NCBI GenBank assembly: GCA_030704615.1
Contig: CM060732.1
Span: forward strand, 21,452,001 to 21,516,000
Length of the DNA: 64,000 nt
Direction: 5' to 3'
DNA from: Takakia lepidozioides
Lineage: Eukaryota > Plantae > Bryophyta
In this document: positions 62,116-64,000 of the stretch, in pieces
How positions within the stretch are numbered: the first letter of the stretch is position 1
Layout of the letters: each line of letters starts with the position of its first letter
Notes under the pieces: model-generated
What the model saw: only the letters and a program-made list of their open reading frames with translations
Database searches by the model: none
Told to the model about the DNA's origin: nothing
Translations under genes and position numbers: made by a program

Positions 62116-63387
62116 GATCATGTCAGTGATTGGATCCTGTAGAAGGTGTGTACAGATACTCCTGTACGCTGCTCTAACAGGGCTGAGCTCAAGATATCAA
62201 CATCTAGATTGCAATCAGATGCTGTGCTTAGAGGTATTTCTCTTCGTGCCCTACCACCAAAAACCCTTGCTGGAAAGAAACACACCTTATGGGTCCCTTT
62301 TTTGTGCTTCAGATTACTGTCATGGTGCTGAAAAGATACTTTCCACAGCACGTGCCCCAGTTTTAATTCCTGATTTGTGTCTCACCATTCCACATAAACC
62401 AGGTGGCATACCGTTCTCACCCCTGCTTTCTTCAATGTTCACGAGGCATTCCAGCAGATTTGAAATCTGCTTCATACACGAATCCATTATCCATATTGCG
62501 TACCGAAAAAACTTTCTGCACAACGGCACCATTCCGACCTGGTTCTGAACCAAAAGTAATGGTCTTTCAGATCTCATTCACGTAGTCTCAAGAATTTTCA
62601 TGTATATCATGATCAGACTATCTACCAGAAACTATGTTTAGATTACTTGGCTGAGTACCCAACTGTTTGCTACCTTACCTTGATACAAATGTTTTACAGG
62701 TGTCTTACATGCAATTGCAAAATACTGAAGTACAGTTGGACTCCAAGCCCTAGCACCCAAGATATAACCTGAGTGTCAGATCAGACAAAAATAGTTTTGT
62801 GCACCCAAGATATGACCAGAATGTCACATACAAAAATATTTTTAGTGTACAAAGTGCTTTGTCATTAAACATAAACCCAAAGCTTATATTGTGCACAACC
62901 AGAGTGCCTGACTGCTTGACCCAGTCCTAGTCAAAGTATATATTATATACCACTGTGAGAGCCCAGTAAACTCATTGAGAACTCTCTGATACCCCCCTTG
63001 CCAGTAAAGTGCAGCTAGCCTAGCAAGGTGCCCATTCTGAAATACAGAAAATTCTGGGGGATGTAGTGTATTATTGACCAAGATTTGTTGTTTCTTTTCC
63101 TTGTCATATTGTCCTGATGTCTTTGTTTTTATCTCATTTGCTCGACTCTAGCTGCTTTAGCTCATTTTTCAAGAAACCACCATCCAAGTCTGCTTCCCAT
63201 TCTATCAAAACTTGCCCGACAATCATTACACTAGTCAAATGAATATGGAATAAAATAAATGTTCATCTTTTCATAGAACTTGAATATACCCTATCTATCT
63301 GGACATCGTTCTCAGAAGTCGTCGCTAGTAGTTGGGAGCAACGCAAAGCCCTAGTTATTATTATCATTATTATGGATGGGGATGATG

Positions 63388-63560
63388 ACCAAGTTGTAGC
63401 CCAGTGGTAATGGGCACATACCACCTCGGAGGTGGTTGTGGGTTCAATCCACCGATTGGTGTCACAAAGGTGTCTACCTTCGTCAGCGGAAGGCAGTAAC
63501 CCTTCGGGGTAAAGAGACACCATAATTTACGATTCCTTCGGGAGGTGTCAAATACTAAAT
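63388..63560 (+). mobile_element. tRNA-derived SINE copy, full length
   Basis: A box TAGCCCAGTGG, B box GGTTCAATCC, cloverleaf-like stems and two cTTCGg hairpins. Confidence 0.82.
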
Positions 63561-64000
63561 ATTTTTGAGTGGGGAAGAAGGGTGTCGGGCACACGGAAAG
63601 GGAAAGGCATGTTAAATTTGAGAGAGAGATGTACATCACACACACATATTTGTATTACAGTAAGATGTGTATTTATACACTGTCAAAAGGTAAGACCTTT
63701 CAATATTCTAGAGGCATGACTCTTAAGGAATAGTCGTGTCCTTTGGTGGAAACCATTTGGTGTGCCTTTTGAAGTATGTAGTTGCTTATTTTCCAACACC
63801 CTCCCTCAACAAAATACTTCAAAAAACTATGAAATGTCATAAATGTTAAGACTGTGTTATTAAGCGTTGATGCTTTTAAGCCAGAGCCGCTGATAACCAC
63901 GACCAACTGTTTAGGATAGAGCCGCTGATGACCACGATCAGCCGTTCTTTCTAGACCGACGGTGAAGTTTAGAAACTTCCACCCTCCCTTAGAAAGCTCC

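Noticed and set aside
62114-62600. 144-aa ORF and its antisense frames
   Set aside because: No recognisable motif in any frame.
63388-63460. Functional tRNA-Pro(CGG) gene
   Set aside because: Arm spacing is non-canonical, the anticodon region varies between copies, and a shared body and tail follow the head.
63440-63530. Hammerhead ribozyme in the SINE body (CTGACGA on the minus strand)
   Set aside because: No GAAA core at the right position, and the motif is not conserved in the 57548 copy.

Overview
Repeat-rich nuclear DNA of a land plant, most likely a non-seed plant such as a bryophyte, lycophyte or fern. This is inferred from the PLS-DYW PPR style, the Galadriel-like chromovirus and the moss-type Helitron ends. 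Host genes: an intact 4-exon COMT-like O-methyltransferase (33867-36256 +), an intact 2-exon MPP6 homolog (45792-47271 +), two paralogous PLS-PPR-DYW RNA-editing genes in opposite orientation that both carry disabling lesions (1034-3758 +, 42455-44870 -), many PPR pseudogene fragments (57950-62115) and a captured two-exon MOR1 fragment. Mobile DNA: a Ty3/gypsy element (5661-16946 -) with a nested chromovirus (9817-13930 +), a 12 kb Mutator-like element with long TIRs, a SWIM transposase and a Ulp1-like protease gene (20301-32465), Helitron ends, hAT MITEs, LINE and copia relics, and a tRNA-derived SINE family. The most striking observation is in the outer Ty3 element. Its LTR ends are circularly permuted: the terminal 10-bp att sequence is missing before the PBS, yet it sits between the PPT and the 3' LTR, where it forms a CA-TA-TG circle-junction palindrome. 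This is the structure expected if integration proceeds from a 2-LTR circle cut at an internal att site. The same element has a 4-bp TSD, a dUTPase-like domain and an extra ORF upstream of gag. A decayed ORF resembling viral OB-fold ssDNA-binding proteins (54313-55047) is the second candidate. All calls were made by eye, with no database searches.
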